From: Macrostomum lignano
Lineage: Eukaryota
Reading direction: 5' to 3'
DNA: 64,000 nucleotides
NCBI GenBank assembly: GCA_002269645.1
Contig: NIVC01002002.1
Coordinates: 124,001 to 188,000 of the forward strand
Part shown: in pieces, positions 13,301-34,374 of the stretch
How positions within the stretch are numbered: position 1 is the first letter of the stretch
How the letters are laid out: each line of letters opens with the position of its first letter
The notes under the pieces: model-generated
The model's database searches: none
Seen by the model: only the letters and a program-made list of their open reading frames with translations
Told to the model about the DNA's origin: nothing
Program-made: the position numbers and the translations under genes

Positions 13301-16300
13301 TGTTTGGCACTTCGAAATTTTTAGCTACTTATACAAAAACGTCAAGGTTTACCTCAGTCCAAGTGCCGAATAAACAAAAATTTGGCCCCCTTGGGGGGTT
13401 GGCCGTCATATGGGCCCAGCCTGTAATGCCTTTAAACTCCTCCATTATTACCAATGCGATAACCTCTGACGCTTGCAGGTGATGGAGGAGGACCGGCGCA
13501 AGAACTCCGGCCAGTACGAGACCGGACAGCAGCTGGGCCAGCCGCCGCCGCTTGTTAGCACAGATTTTGTTGCGGTCGATCGCGGCGGCTGCTCGCCCCG
13601 CTTCATCCGATCTACTCTGTACACCGTGCCCTGCACGTCCGACTTATTGAAATCCACTCACATACCTCTGGGCCTGGTTGTGTCTCCGATGGCCGAACTG
13701 GCGCCAGGCGAGGCGCCAATCTACCTGTCTGACCTGGGCGCCAGCGGCCCAGTTCGCTGTATCCGATGCAAGGCCTACATGAGCCCCTACATGACCTGGC
13801 TAGACGGTGGCCGACGATTTCAATGCGCCCTGTGCGGCGGCACAACCGACACGCCCGAGACGTACTTTGCCCATCTGGACCACACTGGCCGCCGGATGGA
13901 CACCTATCAGAGGCCCGAGCTGCACCTGGGCTCCTACGAGATGCTGGCCACTGCCGAATATTGCAAAGGCGGTATCTTGCCCGGCACGCCTGGCCTAGTG
14001 TTCATGATCGATGTCGGATATCGGGCCGTGAAATCCGGTCTAACTGCGCTTGTATGCGCTCACATCCGTGATAGGGTGCGCACTTGTTTCATTTGTCTTT
14101 AGTATATGTTTAGTTGCATCACTATATGAAATGTCCAATTCCAGAATCAACATGTCCATTTCCGGAATCAAAATGTCCAATTCCAGAATCAACATGTCCA
14201 TTTCCGAAATCATAATTTCTTTTCCGGAATCAAAATGTCCATTTCCAAAATCAAAATGTCCAACTCCAGAATCAACATGTCCATTTCCAAAATCAAAATG
14301 TCCATCGCTGGCATCAAAATGTATATCTTCGGAATCAACATGTCTATCTCCGGAATCATCATGTCCATATCCGGAATCAACATGTTCATCTCCGGAATCA
14401 TCATGTCCATCTCCGGAATCATCATATCCATCTCCGGAATCATCATGTCCATCTCCGGAATCAACATGTTCATCTCCGTAATCATCATGTCCATCTCCGG
14501 AATCATCATGTCCATCTCCGGAATCATCATGTCCATCTCCGGAATCATCATGTCCATCTCCGGAATCATCATGTCCATCTCCGGAATCATCATCATGTCC
14601 ATCTCCGGAATCATCATGTCCATCTCCGGAATCATCATGTCCATCTCCGGAATCATCATCATGTCCATCTCCGGAATCATCATGTCCATCTCCGGAATCA
14701 TCATGTCCATCTCCGGAATCATCATGTCCATCTCCGGAATCATCATCATGTCCATCGCTGGTATCAACATGTTCATCTCCGGAATCATCATGTCCATCTC
14801 CGGAATCAACATGTCCATCGCTGGTATCAACATGTTCATCTCCGGAATCATCATGTCCATCTCCGGAATCAACATGTTCATCTCCGGAATCATCATGTCC
14901 ATCTCCGGAATCATCATGTCCATCTCCGGAATCATTATGTCCATCTCCGGAATCATCATGTCCATCTTTAAATAATTCGAATGTCTCCATTCCCTAAATC
15001 AAAAGTCGCCATTCCCTGACAAAAGTCGCCATTCCCTGACAAAAGTCCCCATTCCCTGACAAAAGTCGCCATTCCCTGAATCCCTGACTCCTGCGCAGAT
15101 CCTGGACCTTCTGCCGCGCGAAGAAGGCCAAGAAGATTCGCCCAGCGCGCTGCGCGTTGGATTCGCCACCTACGATCGAGTGATCCACTACTACAACCTG
15201 AGCCCGGGCCTGTCACAGCCCCAGATGCTGCTAGTGACCGATCTCGAAGACGTGTTTGTGCCTCTAGTTGACGGTTTCTTAGTCGATCCGAGCGAGTCCG
15301 AGTCTCAAATCGGCCAGCTGCTCGAGGCCATCCCGCAGCTATTCAAGGACACGGCCGAGACCGAGTCGATTCTTGGCCCAGTAATCGAGAGCGGTATCGA
15401 CGCGTTCAAATCGGCCCAGTGCCCGGGCAAACTGATCGTGTTCCACACCGGATTGCCGACTGCCGAGGCGCCTGGCAAGTTGAAGAATCGCGACGACAGA
15501 AAATTGCTCGGCTCGGACAAAGAAAAGACTCTGTTGAGTCCGGCTTCCGACTATTATACTCAGCTGGGACAGCGCTGTGTTGAGGCTGGGGTCGGAGTTG
15601 ATTTGTTTGTCTGCTGCGACTCCTACGTTGATTTGGCTAGCATTGGCCAGGTGCCATTTGTCACTGGCGGCTCGTTGTACAAGTACACCTACTTCCAGGT
15701 GCGTCCGCTTGCTTAAAGTTTTATCTTAACACTCATGGGGCTATTTACAATACAATGCAACCAGTGAAGGAAGGTGTTTATTAATCAAGAGTGGCCGTTT
15801 ATGAGGCTGTTTATTTAGTCCATTGGGCAATTCATCATGTCATGGAGGCTGTTTATTCAGCCAAGAAGGGTATTTATGTTTTGAAGTAGGCTGTTCATGT
15901 ATTCAATGAAACTGTTTATTAGCAAATGGACAATTTATCAAGTCATGGAGGCTGTTTATGTACTCGTAGTTAAGGCGGCTGCTTATGTAGTTATGAAGCC
16001 AATGAGGCTGCTAATGTACATGCAGTCAAGTAGGCTATTTACATGTGCAGTCAATTAGGCTATTTACATTTGCAGTCAAGTAGGCTATTTACATGTGCAG
16101 TCAGAGAGGCTATTTACATTTGCAGTCAAGTAGGCTATTTACATGTGCAGTCAGAGAGGCTATTTACATGTGCAGTCAGGGAGGCTATTTACATGTGAAG
16201 TCAGGGAGGCTATTTACATGTGCAGTCAGAGAGGCTATTTACATGTGAAGTCAGGGAGGCTATTTACATGTGCAGTCAGGGAGGCTATTTACATGTGCAG

Positions 16301-19300
16301 TCAGGGAGGCTATTTACATGTGCAGTCAGGGAGGCTATTTACATGTGCCGTCAGGGAGGCTATTTACATGTGAAGTCAGGGAGGCTATTTACATGTGCAG
16401 TCAAGTAGGCTATTTACATGTGCAGTCAGAGAGGCTATTTACATGTGCAGTCAGGGAGGCTATATTTGTAGTCAGGTAGTAGCACAGCCTGCCCGCTCTC
16501 CTCTCCCCAAATCCCAGGCCAGCACCCAGGGCCGCCAGCTGTCCCTGGACATGGAGCGCGCTGTCCAATCCAGCCGGGCTTTCGACTGCGTCATGCGCGT
16601 CAGAACTAGCGCCGGCACTCGGCCAGTTGATTTTTACGGCGGCATGTACATGGCCAACACTACGGACGTTGAGACTGGCGTATTCGGCTCTGACAAAGCC
16701 GTAGCGCTCGAGATTAAACACGACGACAAACTGGCCGAAGGTGAATCGGTGCTCATCCAGTGCGCTCTGCTCTACACCGGCATCGGTGGTCAGCGCCGGC
16801 TTCGAATTCACAATCTGGCCCTGGCAACTAGCGCCCAGATGCCCGACGTGTTCCGCTCCGCTGAACTGGACGCCCTAATCAACCTGTTGGCTAAATCGTC
16901 TCTTCATCAGTTGTTAAAACGCGGGCCTAAAGAGGTGCGCGAATCGTTAATTAGCCGCTGCTCAAACATTCTGGCGGCTTATAGGAAGAATTGCGCCAGC
17001 AATACCGGGCCTGGTCAGCTGATTCTACCCGAGCTGATGAAACTGCTGCCGCTCTATATCAATGCTATCATCAAGAATGACGCCTTCCAGACTGGTGAGT
17101 GTTTGACCGGCTTGCTGCTATCCAGCCACCTCTGAGTCCTTGACCGGCTTGCTGCTATCCAGCCACCTCTGAGTCCTTAGCAGGTTGCTGCTATCCAGCC
17201 ACCTCTGAGTCCTTAGCGGGTTGCTGCTATCCAGCCACCTCTGAGTCCTTGAGCGCCACCTCTGAGTCCTTGACCGGGTTGCTGCTATCCAGCCACCTCT
17301 GAGTCCTTAGCGGGTTGCTGCTATCCAGCCACCTCTGAGTCCTTAGCGGGTTGCTGCTATCCAGCCACCTCTGAGTCCTTAGCGGGTTGCTGCTATCCAG
17401 CCACCTCTGAGTCCTTGAGCGCCACCTCTGAGTCCTTGACCGGGTTGCTGCTATCCAGCCACCTCTGAGTCCTTGAGCGCCACCTCTGAGTCCTTGACCG
17501 GGTTGCTGCTATCCAGCCACCTCTGAGTCCTTGAGCGCCACCTCTGAGTCCTTGAGCGGGTTGCTGTTATCCAGCCACCTCTGAGTCCTTACCGGGTTGC
17601 TGTTATCCAGCCACCTCTGAGTCCTTACGGCAGCGTACACTAAACATTAGCTACATTGTTACGAAATCATTTATTAAACGGATCAATTGGCACACATTAT
17701 GTGAATTTTATTGCAAAATTACTAAAAATTTAAGGCTTCTGCGCCGCCTTCATGCCAGAGATTTGCCACCCATCCGGTGGAATTGGTAAATGGCGGATTA
17801 TTTTTGTAACTAAGCGTATTTATTGTCTATAGTTAATAGGATGGTAAAGGTACTTCACTGCCCAATTATTGGCTAACTTTAACTCGACTCTTAAAGACGA
17901 AAATTCTAACTCTACATGCACAGTATGGTGTTGGATTGCCTTATTTAATAAAACTAGCTAAATGGTCTGGTGTTTTTACTCGTACTTATCGCGCTACTGT
18001 CAGTAGGCTAAAATGACAATCATTATTTATTGTGCACAAAACAATCACCCGGGCAGGCTCGGATGTATCTACTGACGATAGATCCTACCTGATGTACCTG
18101 TGCGAGAGCATGGACGTCTTAGCCTCGAATGTGTTCTTCTATCCGCGCCTGATGCCGCTGCACGATCTGCCACCAGACTCTCCGGATAGTGAGCAGCCGA
18201 CTCTGCCAGCGTTTATTCGCTGCTCCGTTGAACGTCTGGATCAGCGCGGCGTCTACCTGCTCGGTGAGTGGTCTGCGACACAATTGTTGTTTTTGCACAA
18301 CTAGGGTCAACTGGCAGGCGCGTCGCCACCGGGGGGGGGGACATGCCAATGCTTCCCCACCACCCCATCTTGGGACCCGTTGTGGTAATCAAAATAATTT
18401 TTCTTCAGGGCGCCAAAATATAGTGCCTGTGGCGCTAAAATGAGTGCCTGTGGCGCTAAAATGAGTGCCTGTGGCGCTAAAATGAGTGCCTGTGGCGCTA
18501 AAATGAGTGCCTGAGGCGCTAAAATAGTGCCTGCGGTGCTAAAATGAGTGCCTGCGGTGCTAAAATGAGTGCCTGCGGTGCTAAAATGAGTGCCTGCGGT
18601 GCTAAAATGAGTGCCTGTGGTGCTAAAATGAGTGCCTGTGGCGCTAAAATGAGTGCCTGTGGCGCTAAAATGAGTGCCTGAGGCGCTAAAATAGTGCCTG
18701 CGGTGCTAAAATGAGTGCCTGCGGTGCTAAAATGAGTGCCTGCGGTGCTAAAATGAGTGCCTGTGGTGCTAAAATGAGTGCCTGTGGCGCTAAAATGAGT
18801 GCCTGTGGCGCTAAAATAGTGCCTGCGGTGCTAAAATGAGTGCCTGCGGTGCTAAAATGAGTGCCTGCGGTGCTAAAATGAGTGCCTGTGGCGCTAAAAT
18901 AGTGCCTGCGGTGCTAAAATGAGTGCCTGTGGCGCTAAAATGAGTGCCTGCGGTGCTAAAATGAGTGCCTGTGGTGCTAAAATGAGTGTCTGTGGCGCTA
19001 AAATGAGTGCCTGTGGCGCTAAAATGAGTGCCTGTGGCGCTAAAATAGTGCCTGCGGTGCTAAAATGAGTGCCTGTGGCGCTAAAATGAGTGCCTGCGGT
19101 GCTAAAATGAGTGCCTGTGGCGCTAAAATAGTGCCTGCGGTGCTAAAATGAGTGCCTGTGGCGCTAAAATGAGTGCCTGCGGTGCTAAAATGAGTGCCTG
19201 TGGTGCTAAAATGAGTGCCTGTGGTGCTAAAATGAGTGCCTGTGGCGCTAAAATGAGTGCCTGTGGCGCTAAAATGAGTGCCTGCGGTGCTAAAATGAGT

Positions 19301-21908
19301 GCCTGCGGTGCTAAAATGAGTGCCTGTGGCGCTAAAATGAGTGCCTGCGGTGCTAAAATGAGTGCCTGTGGTGCTAAAATGAGTGTCTGTGGCGCTAAAA
19401 TGAGTGCCTGTGGCGCTAAAATGAGTGCCTGTGGCGCTAAAATAGTGCCTGCGGTGCTAAAATGAGTGCCTGTGGCGCTAAAATGAGTGCCTGCGGTGCT
19501 AAAATGAGTGCCTGTGGCGCTAAAATAGTGCCTGCGGTGCTAAAATGAGTGCCTGTGGCGCTAAAATGAGTGCCTGCGGTGCTAAAATGAGTGCCTGTGG
19601 TGCTAAAATGAGTGCCTGTGGTGCTAAAATGAGTGCCTGTGGCGCTAAAATGAGTGCCTGTGGCGCTAAAATGAGTGCCTGCGGTGCTAAAATGAGTGCC
19701 TGCGGTGCTAAAATGAGTGCCTGTGGCGCTAAAATGAGTGCCTGTGGCGCTAAAATGAGTGCCTGTGACGCTAAAATGAATGCCTGTGGCGCTAAAATGA
19801 GTGCCTGTGGCTCTAAAATAAGTGTCTGCGGCGCTAAAATGAGTGCCTGTGGTGCTAAAATGAGTGCCTGTGGCGCTAAAATGAGTGCCTGTGGCGCTAA
19901 AATGAGTGCCTGTGGCGCTAAAATGAGTGCCTGTGGCGCTAAAATGAGTGCCTGTGGTGCTAAAATGAGTGCCTGTGGCGCTAAAATGAGTGCCTGTGGC
20001 GCTAAAATAGTGCCTGCGGTGCTAAAATGAGTGCCTGTGGCGCTAAAATGAGTGCCTGTGGCGCTAAAATGAGTGCCTGTGGCGCTAAAATGAGTGCCTG
20101 TGGTGCTAAAATGAGTGCCTGTGGCGCTTAAATGAGTGCCTGTGGCGCTAAAATAGTGCCTGCGGTGCTAAAATGAGTGCCTGCGGTGCTAAAATGAGTG
20201 CCTGCGGTGCTAAAATAGTGCCTGCGGTGCTAAAATAGTGCCTGCGGTGCTAAAATGAGTGCCTGTGACGCTAAAATGAGTGCCTGTGGTGCTAAAATGA
20301 GTGCCTGTGGCGCTAAAATGAGTGCCTGCGGTGCTAAAACGAGTGCCTGTGGCGCTAAAATGAGTGCCTGTGGCGCTAAAATGAGTGCCTGTGGCGCTAA
20401 AATGAGTGCCTGCGGCGCTAAAATGAGTGCCTGTGGCGCTAAAATGAGTGCCTGCGGTGCTAAAATGAGTGCCTGCGGTGCTAAAATGAGTGCCTGCGGT
20501 GCTAAAATGAGTGCCTGCGGCGCTAAAATGAGTGCCTGTGGCGCTAAAATGAGTGCCTGCGGCGCTAAAATGAGTGCCTGTGGCGCTAAAATGAGTGCCT
20601 GCGGTGCTAAAATGAGTGCCTGCGGTGCTAAAATGAGTGCCTGCGGTGCTAAAATGAGTGCCTGCGGCGCTAAAATGAGTGCCTGCGGTGCTAAAATGAG
20701 TGCCTGCGGTGCTAAAATGAGTGCCTGCGGTGCTAAAATGAGTGCCTGCGGTGCTAAAATGAGTGCCTGCGGTGCTAAAATGAGTGCCTGCGGCGCTAAA
20801 ATGAGTGCCTGTGGCGCTAAAATGAGTGCCTGTGGCGCTAAAATGAGTGCCTGCGGTGCTAAAATGAATGCCTGTGGTGCTAAAATAAGTGTCTGCGTCC
20901 TGCGGCGCTAAAATAAGCGCTAACAGCCCGATTCTAAAATAATGAAAATGTAGGAATTTAGTCATGTACATGTACTTGTTGAAGCCTTGGTTTTGTCCCC
21001 CCCCCCACCATAAAATCCATGGCGACGACCCTATCAACTGGGGTATTTTGTGTCAAAGTTGATTTTTCAAATTGTTAATTTGTTGAATTGACCGCCGCTT
21101 GACAACACTTAATTTTCAGACAACGGTCTGGTCATGTTCCTGTGGATAGGACCGAGCGTTGATCCGCACTGGATTAACCAGGTGTTCGGCGTTAATTCGC
21201 TTGAAGAAATTCAAAAGGACATGGTGAGCTTCAACGGCTTGATTAGGCACCCTATTTTTAGGGATTAAGCTTTAGTGATTAAGCTGTAGCAGTAGTGTAA
21301 ATAGTACACGCGAATTATTCTTTTTAGACTGAACTGCCCGAGTTGGACACGCCGCTGTCTATGCAGATTCGCGACGTTATCGATCTAATCAGGCGGAAAC
21401 GACGGCGTCATATGAGGGTAAATCACTTACTTATTGCCTTTCTGCACCTGCTTTTCTCCTTTTTAGCCACATAATAAATACTGTAATAACTAGATGGGCC
21501 AAGCAAATATGCGTGTAAGCTACTTTCAGTTCAGTAGTAAGTTAAGAAATGCATTTAAATGTATCCTTTTTTATATCTTTGAACCCCTACCGCGTCTTCC
21601 CAAACAAAAATGTACATTCTATTTGCTAGTCATCACTCCAACTGTCCTTCTTTGCCTAAAATAGCTTACTCATTCTTCCTTACTACTGAGAGTAGAGAAA
21701 CAGCTATATATTATATAGTATGCGACTCTAACTAATCATGACTTTAACGTGTCGAATTCTGCAGCTCTTCGTAGTCCGCGCTAGGGACAAAATGGAGCCC
21801 TGGTTCCTCAACTTCCTGGTAGAAGACCGCGGCGTCAGCAACGGCTCGTCCTCCTACGTTGACTTCCTGCTGCACATTCACAAGGAGATTCGCAGCCTAC
21901 TCAGCTAA
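10337..21908 (+). CDS. SEC24C: Protein transport protein Sec24C/D (COPII cargo adaptor), about 1084 aa. Exons 10337-10512, 11595-11684, 12154-12642, 12963-13143, 13479-14075, 15099-15698, 16518-17094, 18057-18263, 21120-21223, 21328-21417, 21765-21908
   Basis: Pro/Gln-rich N-terminus, zinc finger (RCIRCKAY..CALC), trunk/vWA (FMIDV, VGFATYD), helical and gelsolin regions, C-terminal SYVDFLLHIHKEIRSLLS. All GT-AG junctions are phase-consistent. Start codon is the least certain point; C versus D paralog not resolved. Confidence 0.93.
10615..11475 (+). repeat. Compound intronic minisatellite: 19-22-bp CCAAAATCTAGAGGTCTCTAT array (to about 10895) then 22-bp CCAAATCCCAGTGTTCTCTATT array
   Basis: Direct tandem repeats in Sec24 intron 1. 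Confidence 0.95.
14130..15085 (+). repeat. 21-bp minisatellite (CATCATGTCCATCTCCGGAAT, about 40 copies) plus 20-bp repeat (AAAAGTCGCCATTCCCTGAC, about 4 copies)
   Basis: Tandem repeats filling Sec24 intron 5. Confidence 0.95.
16015..16470 (+). repeat. 25-bp minisatellite (GCTATTTACATGTGCAGTCAGGGAG), about 18 copies
   Basis: Tandem repeat in Sec24 intron 6. Confidence 0.95.
17102..17628 (+). repeat. About 38-bp minisatellite (GGTTGCTGCTATCCAGCCACCTCTGAGTCCTT..) with shorter variant units
   Basis: Tandem repeat starting a few nt after the Sec24 exon 7 donor. Confidence 0.95.
18315..21033. mobile_element. Non-autonomous hAT-type element, 2719 bp, body almost entirely 18-bp minisatellite
   Basis: Imperfect 14-bp TIR (CAGGCGCGTCGCCA / TGGCGACGACCCTA), subterminal G10/C10 runs, exact 8-bp TSD TCAACTGG (18307-18314 / 21034-21041). 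Confidence 0.85.
18410..20910 (+). repeat. 18-bp minisatellite (GCTAAAATGAGTGCCTGYGGY), about 139 copies
   Basis: 2.5-kb homogeneous tandem array in Sec24 intron 8. Confidence 0.97.
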
Positions 21909-22099
21909 TTTATTAGCCAGTTTATTATAAACTAGTGTCAAAGACTTTTGCTGGCTCTTGGAGTTTTTCGACTTTCTGAGACTTGACCAATTAATATAGC
22001 TTAGATATTGATTCAATTACTATTAATTAATACTTGTGTCCCAGCAATCACACCTTCACTACTAGGCCTAGTCTAGAATTGTCCCGTTAAAAACGTTTC

Positions 22100-22550
22100 C
22101 GTGAAAAGATTCGCTAAGGACTCAAACTCAAACGACTGTAATGCCACTGTTGAGTCACGAGTGCATCACGTGAGTTGCATAATAGTAAGAGTCTTGAAAA
22201 AGTCGTCAAAGGGTCGTTAACTTTCTACTTAAGTAGACTAAATAGAATTGTTCCTCGTATAAATGCGAAATGCGATTCTAATTCATAAATTGACGCAGAT
22301 GCCCTTTAGACGCAACTCAGTGATTCTGCAGCAACTTTAGCACGCCTCAGATAGGACCCTACGGCCCCAGAGTCATTATAGAAGTGCCTCAGCTGTTTCA
22401 GAGTCGCAGACTCTTTGACGACTTGTACCGAGACATCTCATCGTTTTAGAGTCGTCTAGTCTAAGAAGAGTCTTTCCTATTTTACCTGTAACGACTTTTA
22501 ACACGACTCTGGGGGCGACGCTTCTTTGCCTAGGTACCGTTTTCATCGGG
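22100..22550. repeat. Dispersed repeat rich in GAGTCG/CGACTC; inverted homolog at about 40985-41480
   Basis: Colinear blocks, e.g. CGCAACTCAGTGATTCT, GTCGCAGAC, GGTACCGTTTTCATC, match the reverse complement of the 41-kb copy. Confidence 0.75.
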
Positions 22551-23811
22551 TGTGCCCAGATCAATTAATATGTTGAGAGAGAGTTCCAAAACCATTGCTA
22601 GAGCATCAGTTATAGACTAGGCCTGTTTAGGTTTCCCCTACTGTTGAAAATGTCCCCAATTTTATTTCTGCATGTCAGCCCGAGTGTGCGAGCGAATTTA
22701 ATAGTTAATTAATGTTATTGAACTTGTGTTTGTCTGCTTTTTCGTGTGCGCCCAGACACTTACTATAGGTATTTGTAGCCTACCAACTCTCTCCCATATC
22801 GGTGTCTGGTCAGAGTACAACACAATACGCATGCTTTATTCTATAATTGTTTTTTTCCCTGTTTACCTGCCTCCTTCCACCCTTCCGTATCCGATTGATT
22901 TTTGGTTGATAATTTGATCCGCTATCGTTGTTGCTTTTCTGTTAGATTTTCATTAAGGGGATTCAAAAGGCCTTGCCAAGTTGAATAAGAGCATGCAAAT
23001 TCGAACTGAAGCCTGCTTATAATAGTTCCAGATTGTCTTGAAATGCCAGCGTGTCGCTTCTTGAGCTTCTATATGCGCTCAGTTTATTTAGCTATTTCAT
23101 TATTTTTCTGCGGTTATCTTCAGCCTGTCCGCATCTGTTGCTGTTTAATCCGAGAATGCGATTCTGATTCTGTTCTGTCGTTATTTATTTAATTGTTAGC
23201 ACTAGTTCTCCGTTATCCGTCATCTTTGTCCAGGCTCCTCATTTTTTTGTTTAACCGCGGATATTGGTTTTCTTGTGCTCTCCAGCTTTTTTGGGTAATC
23301 TTTGTTCATTTGACTGTGTTAAATTTAGCTTTGTTTACCCTGGTCTCTGTGCTTGCTCGCAATAGAGAACTGTGCTCGCTAATATTTTAATTTACAGTTC
23401 TCAGTCCCCCCAATCCATGGGACACATTAGTTACCCCCCTGCTATTTTATGATTGTGTTTAATTGCTCGTCTGCCGTTCAACCAACACAGAGCTAGATTC
23501 TCTATCTGTGACAGTACCTATGGTTATTGAAAAAGAACTACATTATATGAAGCACTTTTAAACGCCGCGTACAATTCATTATACAATTATTATTATTACT
23601 ATAGAGAGAATTTACGAACGTCTTTTGTTTTCTCGCTTTTCTCTCTCTGTGTTGCAGTTTTGTTGTGGGCCGGTCGTTGAATTATCCGAAATATAAATGC
23701 ACTAGAAATCGCTGCTAGCAGGGGAACTCCTTGCTGCTGGCCAAATAAAGTAGAGGTTCAACTCTCAAATGTAGTTTTTGTTCATTAGTTTCTTATCACT
23801 TTAACCCATAC

Positions 23812-24618
<807 letters not shown>

Positions 24619-24782
24619 TAACCCATACTGAGTAGGACTGTGGCCTGCATGGTGCAGCAGTGATCGGTTGTCGCTCAAATAACCATCACGAGCGTATCGG
24701 GTGTCCCAAAATTTTTTAACCATTTTAGCTGACTCCTGTTATGCTCTGATCTTCACCTACGCTGCATAACCGATAGAAAATA

Positions 24783-24920
24783 CGAGGGGTGTCCGGAAAG
24801 TTCTGACACTTAATCACAGAGCAAAAGCAGCAGCTGCTGCAAGCACAACTTGGTGTCAGTTTAAAGCGGCACATTTCTTCTTTCCAATGAATTCAGCCGC
24901 GTATACGAGGACACCCCTCG
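24783..24920. mobile_element. Mariner-derived MITE, 138 bp
   Basis: TA-CGAGGGGTGTCC ... GGACACCCCTCG-TA: perfect 12-bp TIR with TA TSD; left end resembles the mariner TIR at 7722. Confidence 0.8.
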
Positions 24921-26718
24921 TATTAAACCTACTTTAAAAGAGACAAGAAGTCCTAAACTATATCAAACGCTCTCCCCTTATTTTTATATATATATACGAG
25001 CGTATATGTACGAGTAGAGTGCAGTTAAGATTCCATCATCCAATCAATGTCAATTAATTACTAAGGTTGGTGCCGGACGGTCTCAAAATTCGCCTTTCAA
25101 ATTATTACATTACAGGAAGTAAAAGTTGCGTGCGTTCGTTCCAAAATATAAGTGGAACCAATTGCAAAAATTAGGCGGCAGGGTAGAGGGGGGGTAACAG
25201 GGCTTGTAAAAGTCTTGGTAGTAAAAATACATAAAAACTCTAGTTAATTAGCCAGACCGCACATTGGCGTGTAAGCTGCTTTCAGTTCAGTAGTAAGATG
25301 CGAGGTCGTAACTAGCAAGTAACCCAACAAACTTACCCTAGAGTAAGTCCATTTATAGTGAGTCAATTGTTGGCAACTACAAGCCAATATCAAATAAAAA
25401 AGTCGAGCTTTTTTGGAAACCGAATTCGCACTTAGTATTGTAGAAAAGAACTGATACACAAATTGTATTATTAGAATAGGCTGACACTAACGCACGCACT
25501 ATTTACAATACAACACAGTGCAATATCGGTGCGGTGTGTGAATTTCTAATTGGTCAGGTTTACACAATAATAACTGATTAACGCGATTCTTGGAATACAA
25601 AATTGAAACCCGCGGCTGCATGTAGTGTAGCTGACAAAAAGCTGAACAACAACATGAGGAATGAAGTAGAAGCAGAAACGTGTGTAGCTTTGCAACACAA
25701 AAAAAGCATACATCACTATTCCTGCTTCGTTTGGTCTTTGTTTATTCTTCTTTCTTTAACTGTATAGTCTTTGTAATTCTACTGCAATAGCCAAAATGAA
25801 TGCATTGTAATGCTGCAAAGCGTAAAAAAGTACATGAAATAGCCAAGCAAAGCAGAATAATTCATTTTAAACATTTTCTATTAAAAATCTAATCCGAAAC
25901 CGATTTCATAGAAAACCACAGATACTACTTGTATATAGATGTGCAAATTAAGTTGTTTAAAAGTAGAGCGTCTAATCTTTTTCAGTAGTTTATCTGCGCA
26001 GTATGACTTAAATTTTATGTGGCAGGTTTTGTGGCCTCAGGAGTATATGGGGTTAACTGTAACAGTTATTTTACTCAATGTTCACAAGTGACTATCTAGA
26101 TATAGGCTCAGCCAATGAGAAAGCAGTAAGGAGAGAAGTCAAAGTTAGACGGACGAAACTCAACCAAGGGGGCAGACCCAATCTAGCTTAGCCAATGAGA
26201 GAGCAGTAAGGAGAGAAGTCAAGTCAGACACAAGCGGGCAAGAGAAAACCTAAGAGGATCCTCGACGATTCTGGGGTAGAAGCAGGATCAAGATGTTAAT
26301 TTAATGGGTTGCTTGTAGAAAGCGAGAGGCGATTGTTGCAGCTTTTAAAACTTTCAAGTTTCAATATAGGCAAAAACGCTAATTTTGCTACTGAAAAGTA
26401 GATTAGCGCATTTTTGCGAGTGGCATATCTAGTTATTGTACTCTTAGTATCTGTGATGAAAAAAACAAACTTAAGAAGAGTTATAAATAGCTCAAGACTG
26501 GCCCTGCCCTGCAGTTTCGCAGCTATAATAAATAATCTAATAAAAACAACTACTTTATATACCTGGGTTGCTGTGGCTACTTTAAAAAAGACGTTTCAGT
26601 TTTCAGTTTTGGTTGAAGCTCTCAAACTGTCGGGAGTAATTATATACTAGAGTGGGAGAGGGCTCAAAATCCGCTGATTAGGCCAATCAATGATTGGCAG
26701 TCAGAAACTGTCAGGCGC

Positions 26719-33320
<6,602 letters not shown>

Positions 33321-34374
33321 TATAATTGAAAAAAGAAACTTAAAAAGATGCAAAACCAGAATTATAAACAGAAATAATTGATTCACGAATACTTATTAAA
33401 ATGTAGAACACAATAAATTCACTAAAATAGCAATACACTACCTATCATGTTGATAAAAAATGATGATGATAATACTTAAATTGTACGCTTTAAGTGATTT
33501 TAAAATTTCACAATAAATAAATATGCAAATCATATGCAGGCAAATGCTTTTTCTTACAATTCTATGTACTACTAAAAATATAATTTAAGCTTTAGCATAG
33601 AAATTAACAGTTCTTTTACTTTTTATACTTTGTTCTATTGCTCTAATAGCTATCGTTTTTAAAGGTTGAACTTCGTGGAATTTTCTCAAACTATCATAGT
33701 AGATGTATAATGATACTCAGTCGGGCAGATTGTAAGTGTTAAATGCTTATCTTGATAGTTATCACTTAAAAATCCTTTCTATTTAAATGGCAATAGCAAC
33801 AATGTGATATATTGGGATAGGGTTATTTCTTCTATCCTAAAACTGTCACTAAGAGAAGACCTATCAAAAGTATAAGTATAAATCTAAACAATTTTTTTCT
33901 TTTTGAAAACTAATTAATTTACTATATTATAATAATCCTAGGCCTAGTGAAGTCCACCGATGTTGTGATAGAGCTGAATTTATTTTTATCTTGGCCCTTG
34001 CCACAAAAGTTTTGCTACTTTATTATAAAATTCATGGTTTATCCCTTATATATTTTATATATACCCATATTATAAATATTGATTATTACAAGATTTAAAC
34101 AAAATGTACTCATTGAAAAGTCAAAAGCAATTTATTACTTTGCATTTGTGTAATACATTGCTCTTAAAAATTAGGAATCTTGGCTGTTTTATCCTTAAAC
34201 AATTGTGGCCATGGGGGACAATTTGCCCTTAGTAAGACAATTTCACCCATAGTCTATTTTGTTTACAAACCAGTTTAGCTATAAGCATTTTGGCCATAAT
34301 GCTGAATGTATAGTATACAGATACATATTTTAGTATTAAGCTATTGTATTATAGTATAAATAAGCTATTGAAAT

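Noticed and set aside
14040-14990. 316-aa GHDDSGD-repeat ORF and overlapping Met/Ile-rich ORFs
   Set aside because: Translations of a 21-bp intronic minisatellite inside Sec24 intron 5; open only because of the repeat period.
19148-21037. MSACGAK and FSTAGTH repeat ORFs
   Set aside because: Translation of the 18-bp array within a hAT MITE in a Sec24 intron.
21511-21541. 31-bp match to 25267-25297 (GCGTGTAAGCTRCTTTCAGTTCAGTAGTAAG)
   Set aside because: Too short to assign; probably a fragment of an old dispersed repeat.
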